A program made the translations under genes and the position numbers. The notes under the pieces are model-generated. The model saw only the letters and a list, made by a program, of their open reading frames with translations, did not search any database and had not been told where the DNA came from. Below are positions 44,901 to 56,380 of a stretch of 64,000 nt of DNA, in pieces (the stretch's first letter is position 1; the number at the start of each line of letters is the position of its first letter). The stretch is from Macrostomum hystrix (Eukaryota; Animalia; Platyhelminthes): the NCBI GenBank assembly GCA_950097015.1, contig CATNEN010000007.1:7564001-7628000 (forward strand). Direction: 5' to 3'.

Positions 44901-46719
44901 AACTGCGTGAGTTGTAACTGCGTGAGTTGTAACTGCGTGAGTTGTAACTGCATGAGTTGTAACTGCGTGAGTTGTAACTGCATGAGTTGTAACTGCATGA
45001 GTTGTAACTGCGTGAGTTGTAACTGCATGAGTTGTAACTGCATGAGTTGTAACTGCATGAGTTGTAACTGCATGAGTTGTAACTGCATGAGTTGTAACTG
45101 CATGAGTTGTAACTGCATGAGTTGTAACTGCATGAGTTGTAACTGCATGAGTTGTAACTGCATGAGTTGTAACTGCGTGAGTTGTAACTGCGTGAGTTGT
45201 AACTGCGTGAGTTGTAATCATGTGTGTTGTAATTTTGTATTTTAACTGTGAGTGTGTGAGTGTGTGTAGGTGTGTGTGAGTGTGTGTAGGTGTGTGTGAG
45301 TGTGTGTAGGTGTGTGTGAGTGTGTGTAGGTGTGTGTGAGTGTGTGTAGGTGTGTGTGTGAGTGTGTGTAGGTGTGTGTGAGTGTGTGTAGGTGTGTATG
45401 TCAAAGCGAATGCAGGGCAGCAATGTCCCCAGCTGGATTTAGCCGGAGAGAAAATTAAGCAGAAAAGCAACTCATCGCGCGTTTCGGCTCTAAATTTTTT
45501 ATGTGCCCACTCGGGGATTAGCGGGTAATCCGTCGCGCCCCGAGCCCCTGGCTCTCTGCATACGGATGAATTCTTTGCGTGCTCAAAATTAGCATGGAGC
45601 ATGAGCTCAAAAGGGAACTCACTGAGGCGGGGTCAACAGCCCCGGACTGAGCACTTGAAGTGAGACAAATAACAGCATTGCGAGCACCAAAGGCGTCCGT
45701 GTGATTGAACAAATTGAAATTACGAGAAGTAGCAGATTGACGTGAGATTTTGAGTAGAGACCGGTTGATGCTCTAGGTCGACGAGAGATGTGGGTGAATT
45801 CTAGAAAACTAGAATAATATTCTGAGTGACAAAAATGATACTCCAAATTGGGATTTTGAGAAGACGAAATGGGATTTTGAGTATAGAAAGCAAGATGCTG
45901 AAAAGAGAAATTAAAGTTTTGAGAATAGGAAGTAAGAATTTAGGAAAGGAAGTGAGATTTCGAGGAAAAATGTCAGATCTTCGGTGGAGAAAGTGCGATA
46001 AAATACATAATAGCTCGTAACTATTACAAACCCTCACAAGAGGCAGGGATTGAAATTGCCTGCGACTATTTCCAGGAAAAAAATCGGCCGCCTCACCTTC
46101 TCGGCCCGTATGCGGCAGCGCTCGTCGCTCTTGAGGCCGCCGCCCTTGTAGTTGACCTGGCCGGCCGAGGTGCCCCTCCGCCTGTTGCGCACGCGGCTCT
46201 GCTGCATCGCCACGCTGGTGCTGTCGTTGATGGAGTCGCGCAGCGTCTCCAGGGCGTCGATGAGCCGCTGCGTCGGGTCCAGCGAGGCGGAAGCGATGCC
46301 GCCGGTTGCCACGGAGCCGGAGCAAAGCCCGGACGGGCCGGCCCGCTCCGAAGCGGAGGCGGTGATGACAGCGGCGCGTCCGGACCCGGCCGCCTCGGTG
46401 GTGGCCGCCGACGAGGAGGCGGCACGCAGGAGGCCGCGGTTTCGAATCCCGCGACAGGCCGTCTGGGTCGGAGCCCGCTGCTGCTGGTACAGCGGGTGCT
46501 GCTGCTGCTGCTGCTCAGGCCGGGGGTCGTCCGGCTCGTCGTGAGCATTGAGGAACTCGGTGGAGTTGAAGTCGCCGCTGTTGTTGGACTGGCAGTCGTC
46601 GTCAGTGTCAACGGCGTGGTAGCCGGCGTCCTTGTGTGAGGGAGCGATGAGGCGGGATTCGAGTTCAGGATCTCGGGGTCAGATTGCGGTCTCAGATACA
46701 GCTCGACCTCATTGGTCAT
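32214..46719 (-). CDS. Cys-less (Pro-loop) pentameric ligand-gated ion channel subunit
   Basis: Exons ~46719-46097, 43593-43465 (VVVEIRVVFLKIGEIDTLKELYHADAFIQAKWKEP), 41421-41221 (YWNPLLYIDN...GVFLETLELNDFPLDVQ, no Cys-loop cysteines), 41140-40883 (...ARRPGYFYWNVFLIM), 37448-37293 or 37229-37074 (M1-M2), 35055-34713 (M3-M4), 33728-33681 and terminal ~32360-32214; all phase 0 GT-AG. Apparent 1-nt frameshifts at ~46676 and ~35028. Confidence 0.9.
32715..32880. repeat. 17-bp minisatellite
   Basis: Unit GGAGGGAGGTTGGCTGC. Confidence 0.88.
33968..34532. repeat. 34-bp minisatellite in channel intron
   Basis: Unit ACAGACAAG(A/G)AATTCCCTTCCAATCATAATGTAC. Confidence 0.95.
36181..36886. repeat. 16-bp pyrimidine-rich minisatellite in channel intron
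   Basis: Unit TCTCATCTCTCCCCTG. Confidence 0.96.
37074..37229 (-). CDS. Channel M1-M2 exon, alternative copy b
   Basis: 156 nt, CAG|...|GTAAGC; FMISGLSFATFAVEPHKCEHRLRLSFTLVLTSVTFKYVVAQSLPRISYLTYM. Confidence 0.9.
37293..37448 (-). CDS. Channel M1-M2 exon, alternative copy a
   Basis: 156 nt, TTTCAG|...|GTGAGT; FFITGLSFATFAVAADKPEARLQLSFTLFLTSVAFKFVINQSLPKISYLTYM. Confidence 0.9.
37525..38200. repeat. 21-bp minisatellite
   Basis: Unit TCCTAGATGGCAGCCTTCTAC. Confidence 0.96.
38860..40862. repeat. 22-bp minisatellite split by retrotransposon insertion
   Basis: Unit GAGGAGCAGG(C/T)AACCCTCAACA at 38860-39101 and 40510-40862. Confidence 0.95.
39102..40510 (+). mobile_element. 5'-truncated non-LTR retrotransposon (RNase H + Cys/His knuckle, LOA-like), antisense in channel intron
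   Basis: 440-aa ORF with HCYTDGS, SVFQNEVLAI, HSDSQAALKAL, WIPGHAGFTGNEMADQLAKAG, CPFCC..ENAEHFNCHC. Tail TAAGTCAAGTAAGTCAA. AGAGGAGCAGG on both sides (39091-39101, 40510-40520) is consistent with a TSD. Confidence 0.93.
42168..43135. repeat. 17-bp minisatellite
   Basis: Unit GTCTG(T/C)CTGTTCTGGGT. Confidence 0.96.
43705..44292. repeat. 8-bp satellite with 24-bp higher-order unit
   Basis: CTCTGTCA CTCTGTCA CTCATTCA. Confidence 0.95.
44895..45398. repeat. 15-bp minisatellite followed by GT-rich ~20-bp repeat
   Basis: GAGTTGTAACTGC(A/G)T to ~45230, then GTGTGTGAGTGTGTGTAGGT. Confidence 0.95.
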
Positions 46720-49329
46720 AACGAAAATTAATTTTCAGAAATAGTTCGTGCATGCAGGCAGGCAAAATGCAGGGACTCTTGGCAAAATACATTGCCATCA
46801 TGGGAGCCATTTTTCTGTCTATGGCTGCAACATGATCTCGATCTTAACTGACGTAACTAAAAAGGCTCTGCAAATGACATAGCAGATACAAAATGAATCG
46901 ATGGAAACTACGGATAAATTAGCATCGGATGCTGGCATTGCTACTGTATTTTTTGGCAAAAAAAAGCGGGTTAAAAATATCGCTCTTCTGGGTTGTAGTC
47001 AAGAAAATCTGCCATCAATTTAAGAATCCGTAATACGTGTCTTTCCCACTGACATTGCTTGTTGTGGCCGTGCAAGTTTTTCAAATTAAATTGCGTTCAA
47101 TTTGATAAGCCATTTGGTTCTATATTGAGTGGTCCTTGGTTCCTAAATTGAACGCTGACTTTCTTGAACCGAAAGCTGTTCCGAGATTCTTTACCATAGA
47201 CAGTCTCTGACGGCTGTCACTGGCAGCCAGTCTTTTGATACTTGTATTCCTTAACTGAAAGCAGTTCCGAGATTCTATTGTCCATAGACAGACAGTTTTA
47301 TATATTGCTAGTTAAATCACCTCACAAGGTTTGCAAGAGCCAGAATCGTTGTCACATTCTACGGCTCCTCTTCTCGTGTGCTCATCTTTACTCAGCAATC
47401 TCAAGCAGCAAAAGCCAGTGCCAAATGCCTCACGCGGATCTATGTCTGGGAATTCGCGCAAATTTCAGTAAAATTCAGGTGCAACTGTTGACTCGGAAAT
47501 TGTGAGCGCCTGTTGACACTGGAAGGGCCCGCGGGTCTCCGCTGGCTGGCAAACACGGGCATTTTTTCGGGAACTGTTTAACTTGATAGTCAAAGTCGGC
47601 CTCTCAAATGCGCGCGTGAAACTTGAAAGTCGCCAACCAGTGAGAGTCAAAAATTGCTCAGCTGCGGGCTCTCATTTCTCTCGGCAAGTCTTGAGTAGCT
47701 TTTCCGCTGCTAGCCCGCTGTGTCTGTTTACTCACTGCCGCGGAGGCGGAGTACCAGCGGCTGTTTGCCAAGGCCGGCTGCCTTGCCCGGGCAAACCAGC
47801 GTGGCGCAATTCAATCTACAGTTTGAGCTGGTAATATCTCTGCTAGACACTAAAATTATGCTGCCTAAATGATGCCAGCAGGGGTCATACAGAATCTGCA
47901 ACTCCTCTGCTTCCTGCTCAATTGCTCAACTTACTCGAGACCGTCGGCAACGACGCTTCAGCGGCGCGCCATCCTCCTGCCCGCCAGCCTGCTGAGGCTG
48001 CTGCATGTCCCCCAGTTGGCGAGCCTTCACCAGCTGACCCTACAGAGATTGAAGACTCCGCCTGTTGCTGCTGCTGTAGTGCTGCTGTCTCTGCTGCTGC
48101 TGCCAAGGATCTGCTTCGTGCTCCTCTTCTTTCAATCCGAAACGCTTTCTTTTTGTGGCCTCTCTTTCCTTCTGTCTCTCTTCCTCTCTCTCTCTCTCTC
48201 GCTCTCTCAGTATATCGTCGAAATATGCAGCTTGGGGAGGGATTAGCGGAGAGGCAGGGCTTCAGGGCAGATATTGTGGGGGTCTGGCGCCCCGGGTCCG
48301 GCATATGGCGGCTGCTGGCTTCCTGTGTGCGCGCGCGCGCGCGAGTTCCGGGCGTCGGCCAATCCCAGAAGACACTGCATGAAGTTCGCCATGCCGGCTC
48401 CACTTCCCCAATCCGTCCCGTTGGTCTTGCCGGCACCCCTAAATCCCCAGACAGTCACACCTAATCCACTTCGCCAAGCCGCCGCTGGTCCAATCGCTGA
48501 TTCGAACCACCGTGGCCCCCAGCGCTACCCGCTCCCCCAGCCAGCCCCATCCGGCTGTGGGGGAGGGCGTAGGAAATGAGGCGCCTTCGTCACATTTCGC
48601 CCCACCCCGGTAGTTTCCGCCTCCTCGCCGTAGTCGAGGCCCAAGAGCTTCCCTGGATCCTCCCTAGCAACCAATTTAGGGGAAATTCTGGCAAACTAGC
48701 TTCCCATCTGGTCCCCGGTCTCCGGCATGCGCACCGTTAGGAAACGATAATTTTTTAGCACACACTACTGTGAGTAAGCAATGCGAATATTATGTGTGGG
48801 ATAATGGAGTTCTGGATGAGAAGCCCGTTGACTGTTTCATCTGTGGTAGCGAAGGCAGAAAGTCATTTTGTGTGTCCTTCCGACTTCTATCGCTCGACAT
48901 TTGCGAGAAATAAAGACAAGAGAGACAGAGAGAGAGTTGCAAGCAGCAGGAAAGATCAACAGTCAGGCAGGCACACTAAAATGCCATCAGAGTTATATGC
49001 CGGCGTGAATGCCAGAGGAATTGCATGAAAGAGGTGGTTGATGAAGTTGCACTTTTATCCTGGTAATGCTGGCGAACCCCTTGTGACGGGGCATTATTGG
49101 TGTCTGTCGCGAACACCAGGGAACAGGTTCACCATTTATAATTATCACAGGTTTTGTGCACTATTAGCGGTGGTGGTGAATGCGCCAGAATAAGGGATTG
49201 GAAGAAATATCACGTCCAGCAAGTTATTCTTAATTAATGCTCGCATTTTGAACTGATGCAGAGATGAGTGCAGAAAATCACAGAGATGTGCGGAAAAAGA
49301 GGGTAGGGAGCCTGCGGGTTGATTGAGGT

Positions 49330-49715
49330 GGGTAGATTGAGGCGGGTAGAGAGAGGCGGGTAGAGAAGGAGAGAGAAGCGGGAAGAGAGGGTAGAGGGAG
49401 GCGGGTAGAGAGAAGCGGGTAGAGAGAGGCGGGTAGAGAGGGTGGAGAGAGGCGGGTAGAGAGGGTAGAGAGAGGCGGGTAGAGAGAGGCGGGTAGAGAG
49501 GGTTGAGAGAAGCGGGTAGAAGCGGGTAGTAGCGGGTAGAGAGAAGCGGGGTAGAGAGAGGCGGGTAGAGAGGGTAGAGAGGGTTGAGAGAAGCGGGTAG
49601 TAGCGGGTAGTAGCGGGTAGAGAGAGGCGGGTAGTGAGAAGCGGGTAGAGAGAGGCGGGTAGAGAGGGTAAGTAGAGTCGGGTAGAGAGAAGCGGGTAGA
49701 GAGGGTAAGTAGAGT
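49330..49715. repeat. Degenerate purine-rich repeat
   Basis: GCGGGTAGAGAGA(G/A) units. Confidence 0.85.
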
Positions 49716-50439
49716 CGGGCAGACAGTGGCAGGAGGGGAGGGTTAGCAAGCCCCAATTGCAGCCCAGGCACCCCTGGAGTCGGCAGTTTTCTATGAGCCG
49801 CCCACGCAGTCGCCGCTGAAGGCTCCCAGCTGCTTCGCGCCCCTGCAGGACCTGGGAAATTGTGTGCGAGAGACCGTCCGGGGGTCGTGGGAGTGAGGTG
49901 GGGAGGTACTTGGGAGCAGCTGCCTCGAGTTGAACCAGTTTAATTCCTCTGGAATTCCCAACTGGGAACGGCTTGCTCAGAGATTCTTAAATGTGTACTC
50001 AGCTGTCTGGTGTAGCGAATGCTTTTCTGCTCGCTACTTTCAAAATAGTTCGCTAAGAACTTCAGTGCAATCTGTCAGTCTGCCTTCAACACCTACAGGG
50101 GGGCCTACGCGGATTTCTCCCGATGCATTCATCTTTTGCCTGCACTGTCCCTCATTCAGTTCACTCATTCAGTTGCTGGTGTCCAGGCGGCCCCATTAAC
50201 TTACTGGACGCGCCCTTCGTCCCTCCGCCCACAGCGTCTATCACTTGCGCCGCGCCCCAGATGACCAGAGGACATTTGTCCCGAAAGTTTTTTTCACCCT
50301 CTTAGCTTAAACTTATAATGCGGACAGCTGGCCTTGCTGTAAACACTTTAGCCGTAATGGGAGATCATTTGCAGCTGTGTCTGAGCCTTCCAGGCACCGC
50401 AAAGGCAGATAAAATTTCACGACTAACTTGATGCCTATT

Positions 50440-50990
50440 ACCTTTCTCAACCCACTATCTCCCCTTTCTCACCCCATTGTCTCCCCTTTCTCACCCCACT
50501 ATCTCCCCTTTCTCACCCCACAGTCTCCCCTTTCTGACCCCACTATCTCCCCTTTCTCACCCCACAGTCTCCCCTTTCTGACCCCACTATCTCCCCTTTC
50601 TCACCCACTATCTCCCCTTTCTCAACCCACTGTCTCTCCGCTTTTTCATCCCACTATCTCCCCTTTCTCTTCCCAATATCTTCCCTTTCTCTTCCCACTA
50701 TCTTCCCTTTCTCTTCCCACTATCTTCCCTTTCTCTTCCCACTATCTCCCCTTTCTCTTCCCACTATCTTCCCTTTCTCTTCCCACTATCTCCCCTTTCT
50801 CTTCCCACTATCTCCCCTTTCTCACCCCCACAGTCTCCCCTTTCTGACCCCACAATCTCCCCTTTCTCACTCCACCATCTCCCCTTTCTCACCCCACAAT
50901 CTCCCCTTTCTAATCTCACTGTCTCTCCCCTTTTTCATCCCACGGTCTCCCCTTTCTCATCCCACTGTCTCTCCATTCTGAATCCCACTG
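50440..50990. repeat. 22-bp pyrimidine-rich minisatellite
   Basis: Unit CCCCACTATCTCCCCTTTCTCA. Confidence 0.9.
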
Positions 50991-51574
50991 TCTTGTTTCT
51001 GTCTCTCCTTTCTCATCCCAGTTAGCCAAATTCCATATCCAATTTCTAATCAAGAAAAAAAGCAATTTGCGGCGCGCATCAGTTAGTGCAGGGCAAAATT
51101 AATTTTAGAGTCTTTGTGAAAGCCCCCATTCCAATTGCGCGCGGTTGAACGAGCGCCAATTGGAAATTTTCATGTCAAGGCGAATGTAAATTAAACGAAA
51201 ATGAGCTGTCTTTTATCCTCTCTCGGGCCAACTACAAATGGCAGCAGATGTGACCCAAACCAGACCAGCAACCACCGCCTTCTCAACCTAACCTGCCCAG
51301 CAAACAGCAGTGCTCGAGTTTGCAATGACCGCTCTTCTAGAGGCGGACCAGGAAGCTACAGGCCTTCTTCCCCTCTGCTGATACCACCCTGGTTCCTTCT
51401 TTCAGTCCGGGTGGAGCCAAGCGGGTTGGCTGCTGCTGCTACTGCCAGAGAGCATAATAATGAGATATGAAGTAATTATGCAGGAGCCGGGGGACTGTTA
51501 GATAAGCCGGGAAAGATTGAGAATGAGATCAGGCCAGCAGTACTTTCTAAACGAAGCCAGGCCTCAAATCACTG

Positions 51575-51756
51575 CGTCAGTGCGCGCAGGCAGGAAGGCG
51601 GCAGTGACAGGGGACCCCAGATAGCATCGGCTAAGCAGAATCCGGGAGATTGGAGCTGGGAATCCGTCAGTGCGCGCAGGCAGGAAGGCGGCAGTGACAG
51701 GGGACCCCAGATAGCATCGGCTAAGCAGAATCCGGGAGATTGGAGCTGGGAATCCG
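51575..51756. repeat. Exact 90-bp tandem duplication
   Basis: GTCAGTGCGCGCAGG...GGGAATCC starts at 51576 and 51666. Confidence 0.93.
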
Positions 51757-52379
51757 ACAACAAAAGCTCACAGCGTGTTTTCATTCCCACACACACACAA
51801 TGCCCCAGCTGTTCGCATTTTTCCCTAGCTGTCACCCTGAGAATCCGGATTTTTTCCCAGCCTCTGTCGCTTCACATCTCAATTTTGAGTACTCAGACAA
51901 AAAAAACATTCAGACTCTGGTTCATCTACACCATTTCGGCTAACCCTTCATGAGACTAATAGGGAGCTTGGGATACACAAAATCGATTCCACTTTGAAGA
52001 TTATAGAAATAGAATAGAAAATCCATAAAAAATTGGACATTGTTGACAGGCAGGGCGCAGTCTCTTTTGCTGTACTTTTACCGCTACGGTCAATGAATGG
52101 AGCAGGCGTGGCAACCTTGCTTCATGGAATATTTACCCATTGAAATATCCAGTCTAGCAGTTCTTTGTTAATTTAGATGAAATTTGAGGCCCTCTCGAAC
52201 TGCCCCAACCTCGTGGGAAATTATGCGATCAGACAGGGCCCGGGTTCGATTGAGAATTTCATCCCATGAGTGCTTCTGATGAGGAGCACATGTACCACAT
52301 CTTATGCCAGATATTCAAACTCATATTGCCCAGCAACTCAAAAACAAGTCCCGCTTTTTATCTTCGTATCATAGTCTTC

Positions 52380-53075
52380 GTTGAGTCGCCCTCTGCGATT
52401 CCCCATCCCGATTGAGTCCCGCTCTGCGATTCCTCATCCCGATTGAGTCCCGCTCTGCGATTCCTCATCCCGATTGAGTCCCGCTCTGCGATTCCTCATC
52501 CCGATTGAGTCCCGCTCTGCGATTCCTCATCCCGATTGAGTCCCGCTCTGCGATTCCTCATCCCGATTGAGTCCCGCTCTGCGATTCCCCATCCCGATTG
52601 AGTCCCGCTCTGCGATTCCTCATCCCGATTGAGTCCCGCTCTGCGATTCCTCATCCCGATTGAGTCCCGCTCTGCGATTCCTCATCCCGATTGAGTCCCG
52701 CTCTGCGATTCCTCATCCCGATTGAGTCCCGCTCTGCGATTCCTCATCCCGATTGAGTCCCGCTCTGCGATTCCTGATCCTGATTTAGTCCCGCTCTGCG
52801 ATTTCCCATCCTGATTTAGTCCCGCTCTGCGATTCCTGATCCTGATTGAGTCCCGCTCTGCGATTCCTCATCCCGATTGAGTCCCGCTCTACGATCCCTG
52901 ATCCTGATTGAGTCCCGCTCTGCGATTCCTGATCCCGATTGAGTCCCGCTCTGCGATTCCTCATCCCGATTGAGTCCCGCTCTGCGATTCCTGATCCTGA
53001 TTGAGTCCCGCTCTACGATTCCTATTCCCGATTGAGTCCCGCTCTACGATTCCTATTCCCGATTGAGTCCCGCTC
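52380..53075. repeat. 31-bp minisatellite
   Basis: Unit GATTGAGTCCCGCTCTGCGATTCCTCATCCC. Confidence 0.96.
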
Positions 53076-53987
53076 AAAGATTCGGTTGTAATTTTACTCA
53101 GGGATTAGATTTAGTGCAATTTGAGCTCTATAACTCGTGTCAGTTTAACGACTCAAAGTCCAAACAGAAGGTCTAGGCTTGCAGCACAGATCAAAGAACT
53201 CCAGTATCTCCAATGTCCAAGAAGTCGTCATTACCGTGATGTAGGTCACGGAGCTGTTCTGTCGGCCGATCTGCACTAGCCGGGGTCGGTGCATGCCAGG
53301 ACCGCAGACTCAGGGGGATGGGGATCGAGATGGGGCCGCTGTGAGGGCACTGAGCTCCGGCTACTGGCCCAGATCCTCTTTTTGACATCGTCGAGAGCTC
53401 CCGGAATCAATCATCGAGGCCTGCCACCGCTGGCAGCCAATCAGATGGAGCCTCAGTGGGCGGCAGAACCCCAGGCTCCAAGCGGCAGAGCAATGCGGTG
53501 GCTAAAAGCTAATAAAGACTGCCTTCGGTAATAAATTATTATTGAACTGCGCGCGGAAGGGCTGGGAGGCGGGGGTTGAGTTTCCGCTACCGACACCAGC
53601 CTGGGAGAAACTTGGTCGCGATGGCGCTACTTATGCGGCCTTAGCGACCGAGTTGACAAACACAGCTCCCCCGCATCCTCTCTGTTTCCTCTTTGCTATT
53701 TTTTTAGCTTCAGTTTCGGCTAATTTTTCTGGTATGATTTATGCCTCCCAGCGGAGTTTCGAAGAAAATTGGCGCGTTGACTTTGTGAAAAAAATATATA
53801 TCTCGCGGAGACTTTTTTTAGGATCGGTTCGGTCAACAGCAAGCCAGCTGAAGTCCATTTTCTGTGACAGCTGCCTGCTAGCTTGGCAGAAAGCTGTCAT
53901 AAGTAGTTTTGGGAGCTCAACTGCTGCTGCAACTCAGTTGGGTGCGTTCTGTCTGATGCAACCTGGTCTTAGAGAGAGACCAACTGT

Positions 53988-54755
53988 GAGACCATGACCT
54001 TTTAGAGTCACCTGCTAGACCATGACCTTTAGGGGTCATCTGTTAGACCATGACCCTTTAGGGTCATCTGTTAGACCATGACCCTTTAGGGTCATCTGTT
54101 AGACCATGACCTTTAAGGGTCATCTGTTAGACCATGACCCTTTAGGGTCATCTGTTAGACCATGACCCTTTAGGGTCATCTGTTAGACCATGACCTTTAA
54201 GGGTCATCTGTTAGACCATGACCTTTAGGGGTCATCTGTTAGACCATGACCTTAAGGGTCATCTGTTAGACCATGACCTTTAAGGGTCATCTGTTACACC
54301 ATGGCCTTTTAGAGTCACCTGCTAGACCATGACCATTTAGGGTCATCTGTTAGACCATGACCTTTAAGGTCATCTGTTAGACCATGACCTTAAAGGGTCA
54401 TCTGTTAGACCATGACCTTTTAGGGTCATCTGTTAGACCATGACCTTTAGGGGTCATCTGTTAGACCATGACCTTAAGGGTCATCTGTTAGACCATGACC
54501 TTAAAGGGTCATCTGTTAGACCATGACCTTTTAGGGTCACCTGCTAGACCATGACCATTTAGGGTCATCTGTTAGACCATGACCTTTAAGGTCATCTGTT
54601 AGACCATGACCTTTAAGGGTCATCTGTTAGACCATGACCTTTAAGGGTCATCTGTTAGACCATGACCTTTTAGAGTCACCTGCTAGACCATGACCTTTTA
54701 GGGTCATCTGTTAGACCATGACCTTTAAGGGTCATCTGTTAGACCATGACCTTTT
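53988..54755. repeat. 28-bp minisatellite with internal palindrome
   Basis: Unit AGACCATGACC(C/T)TT(T/A)AGGGTCATCTGTT; ATGACCC-TTTA-GGGTCAT is a hairpin. Confidence 0.96.
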
Positions 54756-55249
54756 ATTTAAGTTTAACAAAACAGGAAGTAAGGACATTTTATTCCTTTT
54801 TCAGTCCACAGACAGCACTCAGTGGATGCTGGACCGGCTAAAGCTTTCTATTCCAAATCAGATTTTGATACTTCAACCAAATTCTTCTCAACAAATAGTG
54901 TAATATGGGAGAAGAGCTGGGAAATGGAGACCGAGGGGAGCTGGGAGGCTGGGGGGTAGTAGATGAAGCTGCAGGCAGTTGTTTTGCCAGAAGCCGCTCA
55001 ATCCTGATTGGGCTTATTGAAAGATTCCTGACCGACTGGGGCCGCCAAGCCCCTGCAGCTTGATGGATTGACTGCTGCGGGTGAATGAGTGGGCTGCGTG
55101 CGCGAGTGCTTGCGAGGATGATAACTGATCGAAGCCCATCCGTGGGGTGCTTCGATTTTGTCCAAGAAGTGGACTCGGAAACAGTTGGCTTCCTACTTAA
55201 GATTGAGGGTTCAGTGTTTGTATCTGGGGCAAAGCGAGTCCCAGAAACG

Positions 55250-55600
55250 GAGAGAAGGCTGGGTGGCTTGTCGTGCAATTTACACCCATCATGGCCAACC
55301 CCCAGAGCACAGTGAGAGTGTAGTGAAAACTTAAGGGCAGATGTACACACCAGTGTTACAATGTGCTTTGGAGTCAGCGGAAAGGGCTGAGGCAATCGCG
55401 TTTGCCTCACGCACCAAGGTCCCTGAGTTCGATTCCGCGGCGAGGCCACATTCATTTAGGGCGCAGCCTCGGAGAGAAGGCTTTGGGGTGCAATTTACGC
55501 CGTTGAGGGCCAACCTCCTAGGAACAGTGAAGTGTACACCGCCTAACAATGAGAAAGTCAGGACAGGTGTACACACCTGTGTGAGCGTGTGCCTGCGTAC
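55250..55600 (+). mobile_element. tRNA-headed SINE-like element (family 2) preceded by a diverged copy of its body
   Basis: B-box GAGTTCGATTCC ~55425-55436; body GGAGAGAAGGCT...GTGCAATTTAC...GGCCAACC...TGTACACACC occurs at 55250-55351 and 55471-55578. Confidence 0.55.
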
Positions 55601-56380
55601 AGTATCTGTGAACGCGTGTGCTCAGAAACCGTCCTACTAGCTATAATGAAAGTCTCACTACTGAAATGCTCTGTGAGTAGCACTGTCGGAGCATGGGTGC
55701 TCATGTTTCGAATCGGCTGAGATTGAAGTTTTTTGCCGGATACGATGGGAATGCGACTTTTTGGAAAATTTTGGTGCTTTTTATCAGTTGGGAGCTAGAA
55801 AAAGTAGATTGGAGCCCGACTGGGTCCTCTTATTTCTCCCATTAGTCACACTTGAGTGAGCCGCTTAAGTTGAGCAAATTCGCCCAGTTCCTGCCTGGCT
55901 TAGTAATCTAATAATATTGCACCGATTATTGAGAACCGTGAGCACAGCTGGCAACTCCGCCATGATGAGGCTAATCTCAATCTCAATTTCAATCTGAAAG
56001 TTTCAGATTTGTTAATCCACAGATCAGTGTCTAAAATCCTTTTTTAATCTCGCTAGCCATCACAGTCTCACTGAAACCTAAGACTTAGATCCTGAACGGC
56101 GCTGCACTTTTATCCCACCTAAGAGCTCAGGCGCACCTTAATTATCTCCGCCGCCACGCACCCGAGTGGAAACGGGAAAGTCCTGGATTGTGAGCAACCC
56201 CCGCCACACCCACCCCAAGTTGTGTGAGCACAATTCATCATTGCCCAGTGTGTGGGGAAGGGCCTTAATTCAATATCGCATTGAAAAAAGCGGCCTGCAA
56301 GGGCAGCTGGCTCCAGAGACAGTTGGGACAGGCGGCGCGTCCCGTGTTGACAAACGGAAAAGATTATTGCAGTGGGCTCT

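Noticed and set aside
44748-45245. Cys-rich (SCNCM)n metallothionein-like ORF
   Set aside because: 15-bp intronic minisatellite, antisense within the channel gene.
52270-52350. Hammerhead ribozyme (CTGATGAG core)
   Set aside because: No matching GAAA core (reads CTCAAAAAC) and no convincing stems I and III.
53988-54755. CRISPR array (also considered for the 32-, 34- and 45-bp arrays)
   Set aside because: Units are head-to-tail with no unique spacers, there are no cas genes, and the context is eukaryotic.
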